NCBI GenBank assembly: GCA_030324005.1
Contig: JARDVH010000099.1
Location: 21,728,265 to 21,792,264 of the forward strand
Reading direction: 5' to 3'
Origin: Negaprion brevirostris
Taxonomy: Eukaryota
Length of the DNA: 64,000 nt
Each line of letters starts with the position of its first letter. Position 1 is the stretch's first letter. The notes under the pieces are model-generated. The model made no database searches. It saw nothing but the letters and a program-made list of their open reading frames with translations, and was not told where the DNA came from. A program made the translations under genes and the position numbers. Positions 13,055-26,238 of this stretch are shown one piece after another.

Positions 13055-14650
13055 TTTGATTTGTTTTATTATTGTCACATGTATACAGTGAAAAGTATTG
13101 TTACTTGCAGGCTATACAAAGCATACTGTACATAGGGAAGGAAGGGAGAGAATGCAAAATGTAGTGTTACAGTCATAGCTAGGGCTTAGAGGAAGATCAA
13201 CTTAATATGAGGTAGGTCTATTCAAAAAAATGGCAGCAGGGAAGAAGCTGTTCTTGAGTCAATTGGCACATGTCCTCAGACTATTGTATCTTTTTTCTGA
13301 TGGAAGAAGGTGGAAGAGTATGCCTGGAACATGGGGGGTCCTTAATTCTGCTGACTGCTCTTAAGGCAGCAGGAAGTGAAGACAGAGTCAATGGACTGGG
13401 CTTCGTTCATGATCCTTTGTAGATTTTTGCGGTCTTGAACAGAGCAGGAGCCATATAAAGCTGTGATACAACCAGAAAGAATGATTTCTACGCTGCATCT
13501 GTAAAATTTGTTGAGGGTCTTAGTGGACAAGCCAAATTTCCTTAGCCTCCTGAGAAAGACCTCCTTGGTGGGCTTTTTTTTAACTATAATGTTGGCATGG
13601 CGAGACCAGAACAGGTTGTTGGTGATTTGGACATCTCGAAACATGAAACTCTCAACCATTTCCACTTCGTCTCCACTGATGTAGACAGGGGCATGTCCTC
13701 CAGTTTGCTTCCTGAAATTGATGACTATCTTCTTCATTTTGTTGATATGGAGGACAGATGATCGTCATTGCACCAGTTCACCAGATCCTCTCTCTCTTTC
13801 CTCTACTCTGTATCATCATTTTTTGAGATCCAGCCCACCACGTTGGTGTCATCAGCAAACTTGAAAATTGAGTTGGAGGGGAATTAGGCTACACGGTCAT
13901 AAGTGCAATAAGGAGTATAGTAGGGGGCTGAGGACACAGCCCTGTGAGGCACCAATGTCGAGGATGATCGTAGAGGGAGTGTGGTTGTCTATCCTTTCCT
14001 GATTGTGGTCTGCAAATTAGGAAGTCTAGGATCCAGTCACAGAGGGAGGGGCCAAGCCCCAGGTCACAGAATTTGGAGATGAGTCGGAATAATGGTGTTG
14101 AAGGCTGAGCTGTAATCAATAAATAGGAATCTGACATCGGCGCCTTTGTTATCTAAGTGTTCCACAGTTCAGTGTAGGGCCAGGGAGATTGCACCTGCTG
14201 TGAACTGTAGTGGATCCAGGCCACCTGAAGGCTGGAATCGATTTGTGCCATGACTAACCTTTTGAACGACTTCATAATGAGCCATAGGATGATAGTCATT
14301 GAGGTACGCTGCCTGGCTTTTCTTTAGTACTGGGATGATGGTCGTTTTCTTGAAGTAGATTGGTGCAAAGAGAGGTTAAAGATGTCTGTGAATATCCCCG
14401 TCAGCTGGTCTGCGCAAGATCTGAGTACTTGTCTGAGTACCCCAGCCAGGCCAGCCACTTTCTGTGGGTTGACTTTCAATGAGGCTGCTTTGCTGTCTGT
14501 GATGGTGACCTCGGATATATGTTTATCCAAGACTTCTGGAATGGAGGGCATGCTCTCGCTGACCTCTTGCTCATAATGGGCATAGAATGCATTGAGCTCA
14601 TTGGAGAGGGTTGCACTGGTGCCAGTGATTTTACATGCCATCATCTTGTA
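13055..14650 (-). mobile_element. Rex1/Babar non-LTR retrotransposon, 5'-truncated and decayed
   Basis: LNAFYAHYE, VLRSCADQLTGIFTDIFNLSL, SLCDWILDFL, KKIVINFRK and FLRRLRKFG...FYRCSVEIILSGCITALYG are Rex1 RT and C-terminal motifs. (AAATC)-like tail at ~13060. Confidence 0.9.
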
Positions 14651-15194
14651 GCCAGTTCTGCAGCTATTTCTAGTATTATCTCAGCTCCAATAATCACCTT
14701 TTACTCTCACATAGATCAAAGTATAGGACCTAATTTTTTTCATCCAATCTCTTACCATAATTTTGTGGGCTATTGGCTGTAATTATGCCCTTACCTGATT
14801 GCAGGCACTTCAGCCACAAAATTGGGCTCCATAGCATCTCTGATGCCTGGGTAATGGAAGCCCTGAAAAGAAATAATGATAATAGGATTGCTTCTGGCAA
14901 CTTCTGATGATGCCTGCTGTACACGCTTCATAAATATGCGGAATAGGCAGATCATGACATGAGTCAGCTTCTTTGACTGATTTGACCTACTTTCAGCCAA
15001 CTTGTACTGCACATGTCGAGTAATGCTTTCTCCTATTCACTCATGGCTGAACATGTGTTCAGCTGCACAAGGGACACAACATCCCTCCCCAACCCCACCA
15101 TCTTCTCACCCAACGAACATTATTTAAAGGACCAGCTATCCTTCTTGGAGATGCAATGCTTTCTTTTGTTTTTCACCGAGGGGGTTGGGGGCGT

Positions 15195-15375
15195 TTAATG
15201 CACTGACAAGTGAGGTGGTTGAGACAGATACCTTAGCAACATTTAAGACTTTATCTTGATAGGCATATGAACAAACGGGGAATAGAAGGAGTTAGATAGG
15301 TAAGCGTGATCAGCAGAAGCTTGGAAGGGCTGAAGGGCCTGTTCCTGTGCTGTACCGTTCCCTGTTCTTTGTTTT
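15195..15375 (+). mobile_element. CR1 LINE 3' tail fragment
   Basis: GAAGGGCCTGTTCCTGTGCTGTAC...GTTCTTTGT tail, similar to 40700-41010. Confidence 0.7.
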
Positions 15376-16429
15376 TCTAGCCAACCCCCCCCTCTCTGTA
15401 CACTCATCCAAAACTCTACACCCTAAGTCTGACCCATTCACCCATCCACCCCTGTGTTTGCNNNNNNNNNNGGACTGACTGGATTGCTCCAGGGAGGGAC
15501 AGTATGGATGGATCAGCTGCTATCTGAATTGAACAACTCTTATAGGCTGGATTTTATGGCCCTCTGCTGGGTGAGTAAAATAAGACCAATGGCTTGTCCA
15601 CTGCCTTCCCAGACACCTCCAATCATGTCCACAGAGTACAGTGGCTATGTACAACAATTGGTAGCCTGCGCACCATGTTAAAATAAATAATTCATAGGCA
15701 ACTGAGCTCTTGCCAAGCTAATTAGTCTAACGTTAAGCTAGCCATACCAAAAAATGGTTGATGTCGGCACATGGCTGGACGAGGGAGGCCATTTTTCAAA
15801 GCAAACTGCACAAAAGCCCAAAAGGAAGATGAGTACATCCTTCCACCCCAGCACACCAAAATTGTCCCTTCATCCCTTTTTATCTACCCTGCCTGGTATC
15901 CAAAACATATGCCCCAACCTCTCTCACCACCTTCCGCCCTAAGCTCCCTGATCCCTCACCATCCGATAGTCTCAATGACCTCACTCCAGAATGCATGTTC
16001 TTTTCAACCTGGGGCCTACTTGCAGTTCAAACAGTGGTCAGCACTGACACTGCTGTGACTGTTGGAGCTGCTGAGCAATCAGAATGGCTGGCAGCTCTCA
16101 AGGGCAGGATTTCTTTCCAATGTGCGGTCAAAGTCTGACTCTCCTCTTCTTTGTGATGCCAGCAGTGCTGTATTGCTGCAGAGCAGTCCTGTTGAATGTT
16201 GGTCAGAGTGGTAGCAACTTTTCTTCCGGTAGCTGGGGCAGAGGAAGGGGGATGTGATGGTGTGCAATACATTACCCTGCAAAATTCAGCCCTTTATTTA
16301 AAAAAACAGAATATCCAAGGAGCATTTCTCCCACCTCCACCTCCTCAGCCAGGGGCAATGTGTGAGATGCCTTTTATTTACTAAGGACAATATCGCTGAA
16401 CTTCAACATCTTCAACAGAATCTACAGCC

Positions 16430-17610
16430 ACATGGCAATGTGAGATGAATGCTTGCCAATGACTATTAAGATCATATCTCTCTATACATCTACACATGGC
16501 TCCATTTAGGCAGGAACAGACAATACATTTCCGAGTTCACCATTTTTTGCTGCATCATGATGAAGCCTGAAGGACCACTTTGCCAAGAGAGGGACTTCAG
16601 ATTGAAACAGAAGTGGACACATGGCTTTGCTAGGATAGCAGAATCCTTGATGGTGCAGGGAACTACCCAGTGGATTCACATGGCTCTGGGCCCACATGGA
16701 AACAGCGAGATGTACAGGAACAGCAAGGCCCACCACAATGTGTGTGTGGTATATATTCATGTCCAAAATATCATGTTGGTGAATGCCCATCATCCTGGCA
16801 GCAGACATAACACCTTATCTTGAGTATGTCAGCTTTTCCAAACACAATGGAGATTGCCAGCTTTGTATACCCTCTAGGCACATTGTTCATGACTCTCCAA
16901 CCATACAACAATTCACTTAGAATGAGGGCCACACAGCCACAAGAAACATCATGGAGCAATTGTGCTCAATTGCAATGCCTCAGCTGTGCTTATTCCTGTG
17001 AACTTCAGAATTTTTTCAAAGACACATAAGCGAAACAAGGATGGAGGGTTATAGTAGAGTGTATTAAATAGGGTCAGAACCTCGGGACGACACCGGAAGT
17101 GTAGTATTACATGTTAACGTTGTGTCTTTTTATTCCACAGGTGTCAGTCCACCTTGTTGTCAAACGAGGGGCATGCACACGNNNNNNNNNNNNNNNNNNN
17201 NNNNNNNNNNNNNNNNNNNNNNNNNNNNNNNNNNNNNNNNNNNNNNNNNNNNNNNNNNNNNNNNNNNNNNNNNNNNNNNNNGTAGGTGTAGGAAGATGCG
17301 GCGGCGCGGGCTTGTTGGGCCGAAGGGCCTGTTTCCCGTGCTGGGTTGTTCTTTGTTCAAACCTTTGGCATTCTGAAGCAACTGTTCCACCGACTAGAAT
17401 GCAAATGAAGCCTCTTTGGTACTTACTGGGGCATGTGTCCGATTTTGTGGTGGTCTGCTGTGCTCTCAAAAACCTTACTATCATAAGAAAGCGGCCATTA
17501 TCACAATGCATTTGGAGGACACCTCGAAAGGAAGAGGGTGACGAGGAAGAGGGTCCCTGGAAGAGGTATCCAAGCCTCTTCATTTCAGGCAGGCTGTTCA
17601 TGAGTTGCTA
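16430..17610 (+). pseudogene. PIF/Harbinger DDE transposase (HARBI1-family) pseudogene
   Basis: GFARIAESLMVQGTTQWIHMAL...YRNSKAHHNV...NIMLVNAHHPGSRHN aligns to F..IAGFP.VQGAIDCTH...YNRKG.HS.NVQ...VNA.YPGS.HD. Then YPLGTLFMT..YNNS and VSDFVVVCCALKNL (CCxLHN). Catalytic Asp residues are mutated. Interrupted at ~17030-17365. Confidence 0.8.
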
Positions 17611-17844
17611 CATATGCTCCAATTTCTCCTAAGGCATCATTCCATTATTACCATTGCTCCACAATTTCCAACCTTTCAATTCATCTGTTCTGTACCATCA
17701 CTACATCTACATGGCCAAATAAAAGTAATCAAAAAAAATTCCACAGAAATTTCCTTTGTATGGGTGCTTTTGCCTGTGCTCTATTCCTACACAGTCCTAC
17801 TTTAGTGGCTGCAGCATGGTTGGTGGTATACTTCTAACTTTCTC

Positions 17845-18050
17845 TGGAGGTTCTTCTTTGAAGAAGTGCCATGGAATCATTCACATCCAGCTGAGCAGGC
17901 AGATGGAGCCTGTTTAATGTCTCATCTGAAAGGCGGCACTCCAACTGTGCTGTACTCCCTCAATACTGCACTATAATGCTAGCCTTGATTATTGTGCTCA
18001 AATCCTGGGAACTTGTAACTCAAGAGATGAGAGTGCTACCAACTGAGTCC
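17845..18050 (-). mobile_element. Deu-domain (SacSINE1-like) SINE remnant
   Basis: AAGTGCCATGGAATCATTCACATCCAGCTGAG...TTTAATGTCTCATCTGAAAGGCGGCACTCC...GTACTCCCTCAATACTGCACT matches the Deu-SINE core as I recall it. Confidence 0.6.
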
Positions 18051-19262
18051 CTGCCATCACACTGTCTGAGATTCCACTGCAATATTGGGATATTGGTGGC
18101 TGCCACCTGTGTTGCAATGAAAGCTGAAACTTCTGTCACCAGATGTTGCATCACAACTGGGTGTGCATGGCTGGGAAGTGGCACTGGAAAGGATGAACAT
18201 CAAGCTCTGTCACTTTGGAACTAGACCCCTCCACTCTTCTCAACAGGAATAACAGGCTGCCTGCCAATGTAACAAGCAGCTTGGTGCACTTGCACATTAA
18301 TGTTCTGCTGTACGCCATCCCATTTAACTCATTCAAGTTCTCTGCTGCAGAACTTGCTTATGACTTCACCCTTTGGAAAGCTGGCACACAAACTGTGTTT
18401 TGGCTCACCGTGGTTGCAGTTTTTTTGTACTTGGTGACTCCACATATGCAGTTCCTGATTCTATGCTACCCTCTAAGGTACACACAGTGCTAATATCTGA
18501 GCTGATGGGGCAATTTTCAGATTGGGTTAGAGATTTGTAGCACAATGTTTCAGCCTATGGAGGAGAATATGTGCTCAATGCTGAGGGTCAACAGTCATCA
18601 AGCTCCTCATAGTCTCCTTCATGACAGAGACCATGGCTTGTAGACCCTCAGGGATCTCTATCTGATCTTCCCACTCATCTCATTGGACATTTAGCATCTG
18701 TTGCCTGATGGGACAACTCCAGAGGCTCATCTGCCTTGGATAGGTTTGCCCTGGTTTCCAGCAGTCCCAATTAAAGTTGGCGCCCTGGGCACACTCTGCC
18801 TCTGTCAGTACCTCATGCAAGTGTACTGTATCCTGCCAACTGAGCTGATGAACTAATACCCATCGATGGGTTTGTATGTTCACTGATGCTTGGTACTGAG
18901 AGAGAATGTGTATCTGTCTGCGGTTCCTCCTCAGGCATAATAGAGGGCTCTTGGGTTCTGGCCGCCTCTGGAGGATGGCTGATCTGAGAGATGAAGACAA
19001 TGGGCCTGATTTTACCATTGTGACATGCCTCTTTTTGGACATGGAAACTTGGTAAAGTTGGATGTGAGGTGAGTAGCATGATCTGCGTCCGCCTCTGTGC
19101 CGGTTCCCCCTTTGCTAAGGCCCGAAAATGGTCATGATCAGGACTGCACCTGAAACGAGCACAACGGCCATTTAAATGTGATTTTACTAGCACTTCCCCC
19201 TTTACCACCACGTTCGCCCATCCAGAATCAGTGTGAAGCAGCCATGCTCCATATACTGTGCT

Positions 19263-19383
19263 TAAGATCAGTGGGGAGGAAGGGGGGGTCCACTACCACT
19301 CTGCCTGAGATCAGTGGAGCGAAAGGTGTCCGCTGCCGCTCTGCATGAGATCAGTGGAGGGAAAGGGGGGTCTGCTGCCATTC
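19263..19383 (+). repeat. ~40-bp G-rich minisatellite (GAGATCAGTGGAGGGAAAGGGGGGTCTGCTGCCACTCTGCCT-like)
   Basis: Three units before the gap and about two more at 20022-20095. Confidence 0.7.
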
Positions 19384-19550
19384 NNNNNNNNNNNNNNNNN
19401 NNNNNNNNNNNNNNNNNNNNNNNNNNNNNNNNNNNNNNNNNNNNNNNNNNNNNNNNNNNNNNNNNNNNNNNNNNNNNNNNNNNNNNNNNNNNNNNNNNNN
19501 NNNNNNNNNNNNNNNNNNNNNNNNNNNNNNNNNNNNNNNNNNNNNNNNNN

Positions 19551-19797
19551 AACTTCTTCACTCAAAGGGTGGTGAATGTCTGGAATTCTCTGCCCGTTGA
19601 AGTGGTGGAGGCTGCCTCGCTAAATATATTTAAGATGCGGGTAGATAGCTTTTTGATAGGCAAGGGGATTAAGGGTTATGGGGAGAAGGCAGGAAAGTGG
19701 AACTGAGCCACAACAGATCAGCCACGATCTCATTGAATGGCGGGGGAGGCTCGAAGGGCTAGATGGCCTACTCCTGCTCCTATTTCTTATGTTCTTA
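19551..19797 (+). mobile_element. CR1 (HER1-like) 3' end
   Basis: NFFTQRVVNVWNSLPVEVVEAASLNIFKMRVDSFL is the CR1 ORF2 C-terminus. Tail CCTACTCCTGCTCCTATTTCTTATGTTCTTA. Confidence 0.9.
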
Positions 19798-20000
19798 AAG
19801 TCCAACAGGTTTATTTGGTAGCAAAAGCTACTAGCGTTCAGAGCACTGCCCCTTCATCAGGTGAGTGGGAGTTCTATTCAAAAACAGGGCATATAAATAC
19901 ACAAACCCAATTTACAAAATAATGATTGGAATGTGAGTCTTTACAAGTAATCAAGTCTTAGGAGGTACAGACAATGTGAGTGGAGAGAGCATTAAGTTTA
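19797..20000 (-). mobile_element. Penelope terminal repeat fragment
   Basis: Reverse complement of the 10385-10580 tail. Includes a hammerhead-like core at 19836-19860. Confidence 0.75.
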
Positions 20001-21444
20001 AAGGAGATCTCCACATTCTGCTTGAGATCAGCGGAGGGAAAGGGTGGGAGGGGTCTGCTGCCACTCTGCCTAAGATTGGTAGGGGGAAAGGGACACTCGA
20101 TCGGTCTGGGTGGTGGGGGTTAGGGGGATAAAGAGGTAAGTAATGTTGTGGAGGTAGGAAAATGTCTGTGGGGCTCGAGGAATTTCTGTGGACACCAGGG
20201 GAAAGCATTATCTGGCCCGGAAGGGATGTGACAGGGGACAAGCATTCCATTTTTTTTTCTGTGCACACGCAGTTGAAGACACCATTCGGAGCTGCAAGGT
20301 TTCAGATGCATTATGCCCTGCGCACAGCCTTGTACAGTGCAATTTGCACTCGCTGATATTTTTGCAGGCAGAGTGCAAAAGAGGGGGGCACCTCAGAATG
20401 GGTCTAAAAGTCAGNNNNNNNNNNNNNNNNNNNNNNNNNNNNNNNNNNNNNNNNNNNNNNNNNNNNNNNNNNNNNNNNNNNNNNNNNNNNNNNNNNNNNN
20501 NNNNNNNNNNNNNNNNNNNNNNNNNNNNNNNNNNNNNNNNNNNNNNNNNNNNNNNNNNNNNNNNNNNNNNNNNNNNNNNNNNNNNNNNNNNNNNNNNNNN
20601 NNNNNNNNNNNNNNNNNNNNNNNNNNNNNNNNNNNNNNNNNNNNNNNNNNNNNNNNNNNNNNNNNNNNNNNNNNNNNNNNNNNNNNNNNNNNNNNNNNNN
20701 NNNNNNNNNNNNNNNNNNNNNNNNNNNNNNNNNNNNNNNNNNNNNNNNNNNNNNNNNNNNNNNNNNNNNNNNNNNNNNNNNNNNNNNNNNNNNNNNNNNN
20801 NNNNNNNNNNNNNNNNNNNNNNNNNNNNNNNNNNNNNNNNNNNNNNNNNNNNNNNNNNNNNNNNNNNNNNNNNNNNNNNNNNNNNNNNNNNNNNNNNNNN
20901 NNNNNNNNNNNNNNNNNNNNNNNNNNNNNNNNNNNNNNNNNNNNNNCCCGCCCTTCTATGCCCCTAAGGTAACGGCCATATCTCCCAGCCTAGGCCGGCA
21001 CATGTGCCTTTTGTCACCCTGATTCTTATACCCTTGAGTGCCACGCAGGGCAGCCATCCTTCACAACATCTCCATACATCGCCAACTGATCTTCATGCCA
21101 GCTTAGTACTCATTAAACATCGTTAAACTGTTTGTGGCACTAGATTCAGGTGTGACGCACTCCATCAGGCCTGTTGTCCAGGCCTTCTTTGTCTGGTGGG
21201 GTGCCTCTTCTTACCATCTCGTGCCTTCAGAATGTCTTGTTTGGCACTCACTGTCTCCACTATAGTACATGGGCACGAGTCCAAGATCGGTGAGCAGAAT
21301 GTCAAGTGGCATTTCCCTCTTGACTTACTTGTCCAAAGGATGCTGGGGCCTTATCTACTGCAAGTTCAAAAGTCTGTCCAAGACAGCTCTGAGAGTATCC
21401 TCAAAACCTGGCAGTCTTCAGGGAGCTGCCTCTGCTGTTTTTAG

Positions 21445-22330
21445 GAACATAGGAATTAGGAGCAGATGTAGGAAAATTCAGCACTTTGAATGGCAGAGCA
21501 GGCTCAATCAAATCATGGCTGACATTTCTCTGGTCTCAAATCCACTTTCCCACCTGTTCCCCATAAACCTTTTTCCCTTTTTTGTTAGAACTATGTCTAT
21601 TTCCCTCTTGAAACCATTCAACGATTCAGACTCCACCACGCTATGGGGCAGTGAGTTCCACAAATTCACCACTCTCCGCGAGTAGTAGTTCCACCTCATT
21701 TCAGTTATGAATCTATCACCTCTCAACCTATACTTGCGAGCTGTTGTTCTAGATTGCCCCATAAGAGGAAACATTTAATCTACATTTACTTTATCAATCT
21801 CTCTTAAAATTGTATGTACCTCGATCAGATCCCTTCTCATCCTTCTAAACTCCAGCGAATACAAGCCCAAACTGTTTAATCTCTCCTCATACCTCAACCT
21901 CTTCATCCCTGGAATCAATCTGGTGGACATCCTCTGAACTACTTCCAATGCCACCAGGTCCTTCCTCAAATAAGGAGGCCAAAACTGGACACAATACTCC
22001 AGATGTGGGGCAAGATTTTATGGTTTTGCTTGTGTGAGACCAGAAATTCCCACCTAAGGTTGATGTACATTACCATTGTCTACCCCTCGTCTGCTCCAAT
22101 TCCACGGCAGGCAGGATGGTAGAATTCTGGCAATGGTCTCACCAACACCCTACAACACTTCTCTATTCTTATACTCCAGTCCTTTTGCAATAAATGCCAA
22201 CATCCCATTTGCTTTTTTTTAATTACATGTTGCACCTGCATACCGACTTTTCTGCGATTCATGGACATAAAGACTCAGATCCCTCTACTCAGACACATTT
22301 TGAATCTGCTTTCCATTTTGGTAATAATTT
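21445..22330 (-). mobile_element. CR1 3' fragment with a short MITE inserted at ~22008-22130
   Basis: LEVVQRMSTRLIPGMKRLRYEERLNSLGLYSLEFRRMRRDLIEV and RVVNLWNSLP. Confidence 0.9.
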
Positions 22331-23899
22331 GGCATTCCATTTTTTATACCCTATTATAAATGCCCCACCAGATTCACATTGGACCCAGTACCCACCATAC
22401 TCCTACCCCTGCCAACAACATATCGCCGGTGTCTGGGTGCATTTCGTGTTGGCCAGCCCTCAATTGATCATCCAATGTGCAATTGTGTTCAGGTATGATT
22501 GTGGTCAGAAGCAGAAATTGAGGATGCTTCTGGGCCCACAAATCAAGAACATCCAATAAATATAAAATTCAGGTCCAGGTATTTTACCTTTTGACTTCCA
22601 AGGAGCTTTATGCTACATAAGAATCATAACTGGCACAGTTGCTTACCTGCTTTTCCAAACATTAACTAGTCTTACCTGTTGGCTATGCCCTAACTGATTT
22701 CACAGAGGTAGATTCAAAAACACAGAATCTCACTTAGCTCCATGCAAGGCCTATTCCCAGGTAGAAATGCAAATTAACTACCTTTTAATTTCAAAGCCTT
22801 CCTTAATTCTGGAAATCACTGGAATAATTTCTCTCTTTTATTAGAATATTTACGAACATTTATGTCCCCAGTCCTTTAGCAAAGTAACTCCACCTGCTGT
22901 TTATGATCTTACTTTTCTGGCTGTTAATCTCTTAAATCAATATGATCCCAACTGTTTAAGTGTAATAAGCTCAAAGCTTGTTTCAACTGTATTTACTTCA
23001 GGGTTTTTTTTTTCAGTTTCTCAACCAGATAACCCTACTTATGACAATTAAAATTTTAATTTCTTAAACAAAAGTTATATTCTAAAACAAATGAATTAAT
23101 GAACCAGATGGCTGGAATTCTCCAGCCACTCATGCTCCACTTTTGCTGCCAGCAATGATGGAGAATTTGATTTTCCACTCCCGTCACCAAACCCACCAGA
23201 GAAATATGGGAGTGGAAAATTCCAGTCAATGAGTTCTAAATTTGATTTGTTCTATTGCAGGGAGTTGAAGAGCAGAGGCCAGGTCATTGTTGGATAGCAA
23301 AAAAGGAATCACCATAGGCCAATGAATATACCTCTTAAAAGATGATTATAGGAGAAACACAAGGAACAGCTTATCCATCTGCCACTTGACTAGGGGTGCT
23401 GCATTGAGCAAGGAGATCAACAAAGGAGAAATCAGAAGAGACTACAAAAACAAAATTCAATTAACTATTCCTATATAGTTGCTGAAGAATAATGAAGACG
23501 TTGTGGTGTCATATGATGCAGGGTTTAATTGTTAAATAATTGTAAGGAAATTTGATCTAGACTATACATTAGATTGAAGATATATACTAAGGATATACGT
23601 ACACAACCAGAAACAAGCGATTCATTTAAATGTTTCTACCAATATTAAAACTACAGGAATATACTTCAATTTACTTTTTAATGTCAATGAATTTTTACTG
23701 GGTCATAGATTGTCATGGTGATTCACATTTTCTACTTTTACAGTAACTGTTTTGGTTATCTCACAACAGTGACTGCATAATGCAGGTGGAAGAATAATGA
23801 AAAAACTGAAGGCATTAAAAGTTTTCTTTCAAAAAAGTAACAAGCTGTAAATAAACTATTCTGTGTATATTATGTGGAGAATAACTGACGCTGGTATAA

Positions 23900-24445
23900 G
23901 GTCATAAGTAAAAAGGTTTTGGATGGTATCATGATGTTGCACAGTAGGCTTACTCAGAAGATGGAAGCCCATGGAACTAAGGCGAAAGGGCTGGTATGGA
24001 TGCAAAATTAACTAATTAACAGGAGGCAGAAGGTGGATGTTTTTAAAGCTGCAAAGTGGTTTGCTGTGGCATTCCCAAGAGTCAGTTGCTGGCCCAATAT
24101 ACTTTGTAAGTTTTACCAATGACTGAGGATGAGATCCAAAATCTACCTATTTGCACAGGAATGATATCAGGTTCCCAGACTCAGGGTGACATAGAAAGTA
24201 TAATGAAATGGATAGATTCATGACAAATGGAGTTCAATATGGTGTATGAAGTGATGCAATTTGGGATAACTGATATGGAAAAATGGTGTACTGTAAATGG
24301 TGTGAGATAGAGAAGTTTGGATGTGGAGAGATTTTGGAGTCCCTATACACAAACCCTTAAAGGTGGCACAACAAGTTTATAAGTTATTTAAAAAAATACA
24401 CATGACTTACTTGGGTTTATAAATAAAGTACAAAATATAAAAAGG
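23900..24445 (+). mobile_element. Old, heavily decayed CR1 RT fragment
   Basis: Remnants resembling KAFD..H.RL, G(I)PQES and C.VM(Q)FG in several frames. Confidence 0.5.
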
Positions 24446-24514
24446 CTATATAATATTGTGGGCCAGATTTCCATGAAGGAGACGGGAAGCATGAGTGGGT
24501 GATCATTTTCCAGC

Positions 24515-26238
24515 ATTCCATAGCCTCTGGAAGAGTTCCAATGGATTGGAAAGTAGCTTATGTAACCATTTTTTAAAAAAGGAGGGAATTATGTACCGCA
24601 GCTGGAGTACTGTGTGCAGTTTTGATCGCCGCACTTACGCAAGGATATTTTGGCCTTGGAGGGAGTGCAGAGNNNNNNNNNNNNNNNNNNNNNNNNNNNN
24701 NNNNNNNNNNNNNNNNNNNNNNNNNNNNNNNNNNNNNNNNNNNNNNNNNNNNNNNNNNNNNNNNNNNNNNNNCACGACAGATCAGCCATGATCTTACTGA
24801 ATGGCGGGGCAGGCTCGAAGGGCTAGATGGCCAACTCCTGCTTCTATTTCTTATGTTCTTAATTTGCCTGACATCGGTGGTGGACAAAATGCTGGAGCCA
24901 ATTATTAAGGACATAATAATTGACCATTTAGAAAACAGTGACAGGATCAGTCCAAGTCCACATGGATTCACTGAAAGGAAATCATGTTTGACAAATCTTC
25001 TGGAATTTTTTGAGGATGTGACCAGTAGATGGACAAGGGTGAACTGGTGGATGTTGTGTATCTGGACTTCCAAAAGGTTTTTGACAAGGTCCCATACAAG
25101 AGATTAGTGAGCAAAAGTAAAGCTCATAGTATTGGGGGTAATGTATTGACGTGGAAAGAGAATTGGTTGGTAGACAGGAAGCAAAGAGTGGGATTAAATG
25201 AGTCCTTTTCATAGTGGCAGGCAGTGACTAGTGGGGTACCACAGGGTTCAGTGCTGAGACCCCAGCTGTTCACTATATACATTAATGTTTTGGACAAAGG
25301 AATTGAATGCAGTATCTCCAAACTTGCAGATGACGCTAAGCTGGGTGGCACTATGTGCCGTGAGGAGGATGCTAAGAGGCTGCAGGGTGACTTGGACAGG
25401 CTGGCTGAAGGACAAATACTTGGCAAATGTAATATAATGTGGACAAATATGAGGTTATCCAATATGGTGGCAAAAACAGGAAGGAAAATTATTATCTGAA
25501 TGGGCAATTTAGGAAAAGTGGAAGTGCAACGTGACCTGGATGTCATTGTGGAACAATTGCTGAAGGGTGGCATGCAGGTACAGCAGATGGTGAAGAATAC
25601 TAATGGCATGCTAGCCTTCATAGCAAGAGTAGAAATGTCTTGCTGCGATTACACAGGCCTTGGTGAGGCCACAACTTGAGTATTGTGTGCAGTCGTGGCC
25701 TCCTAGTCTGAGGAAGGACATTCTTGCCAATGAGCCCAGCGAAGGTTCACCAGACTGTTTCCTGGAATGGCAGGACTGTTGTATGAAGCAAGACTGGATC
25801 GACCGGGCTTGTACTCACTGGAATTTAGAAGAATGAGAGGGGATCTTGTAGAACCATATAAAATCCTGATGGGACTGGACAGGCTAGATGCGGAAGAATG
25901 TTCCCAATGTTTGGGAAGTCTAGAACTAGGGGGTCACAGTCTATGAATACGGGGTAAGACATTCAGGACTGAGATGAAGAAGAACTTTTTCATTCAGAGA
26001 GTTCTGAAGCTGTGGAATTCTCTATTACAGAAAGCTGTTGGAGCTAGTTCATTAGGAATGTTCACGAGGGAGCTGGATGTTGGCCTTCAGCAAAGGAAGG
26101 GGGTCAAAGGGTATGGAGAGAAAATGGGAGTGGGATACTGAAAGTGCATGATCAGCCATGATCATATTAAATGGTGGTGCAGGCTCAAAGGGTTGAATGG
26201 CCTGCCCTTGCACCTATTTTCTAATGTTTCTATGTTTA
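24515..26238 (+). mobile_element. CR1 (HER1-like) LINE, 5'-truncated RT plus 3' UTR, with a second CR1 fragment nested around the gap
   Basis: HGFTERKSCLTNLLEFFEDVT, VDVVYLDFQKVFDKVP, SGVPQGSVLRPQLFTIYIN, KLADDAKL. Frameshifted. (TTTCTATG) tail at ~26220. Confidence 0.95.

Noticed and set aside
19263-20095. Regularly spaced ~40-bp repeats as a CRISPR-like array
   Set aside because: The units are tandem with no unique spacers, there are no cas genes, and the context is eukaryotic; this is a minisatellite.
23250-23520. Possible exon after TTCTATTGCAG
   Set aside because: No sustained open frame or recognisable protein, and no partner exons.
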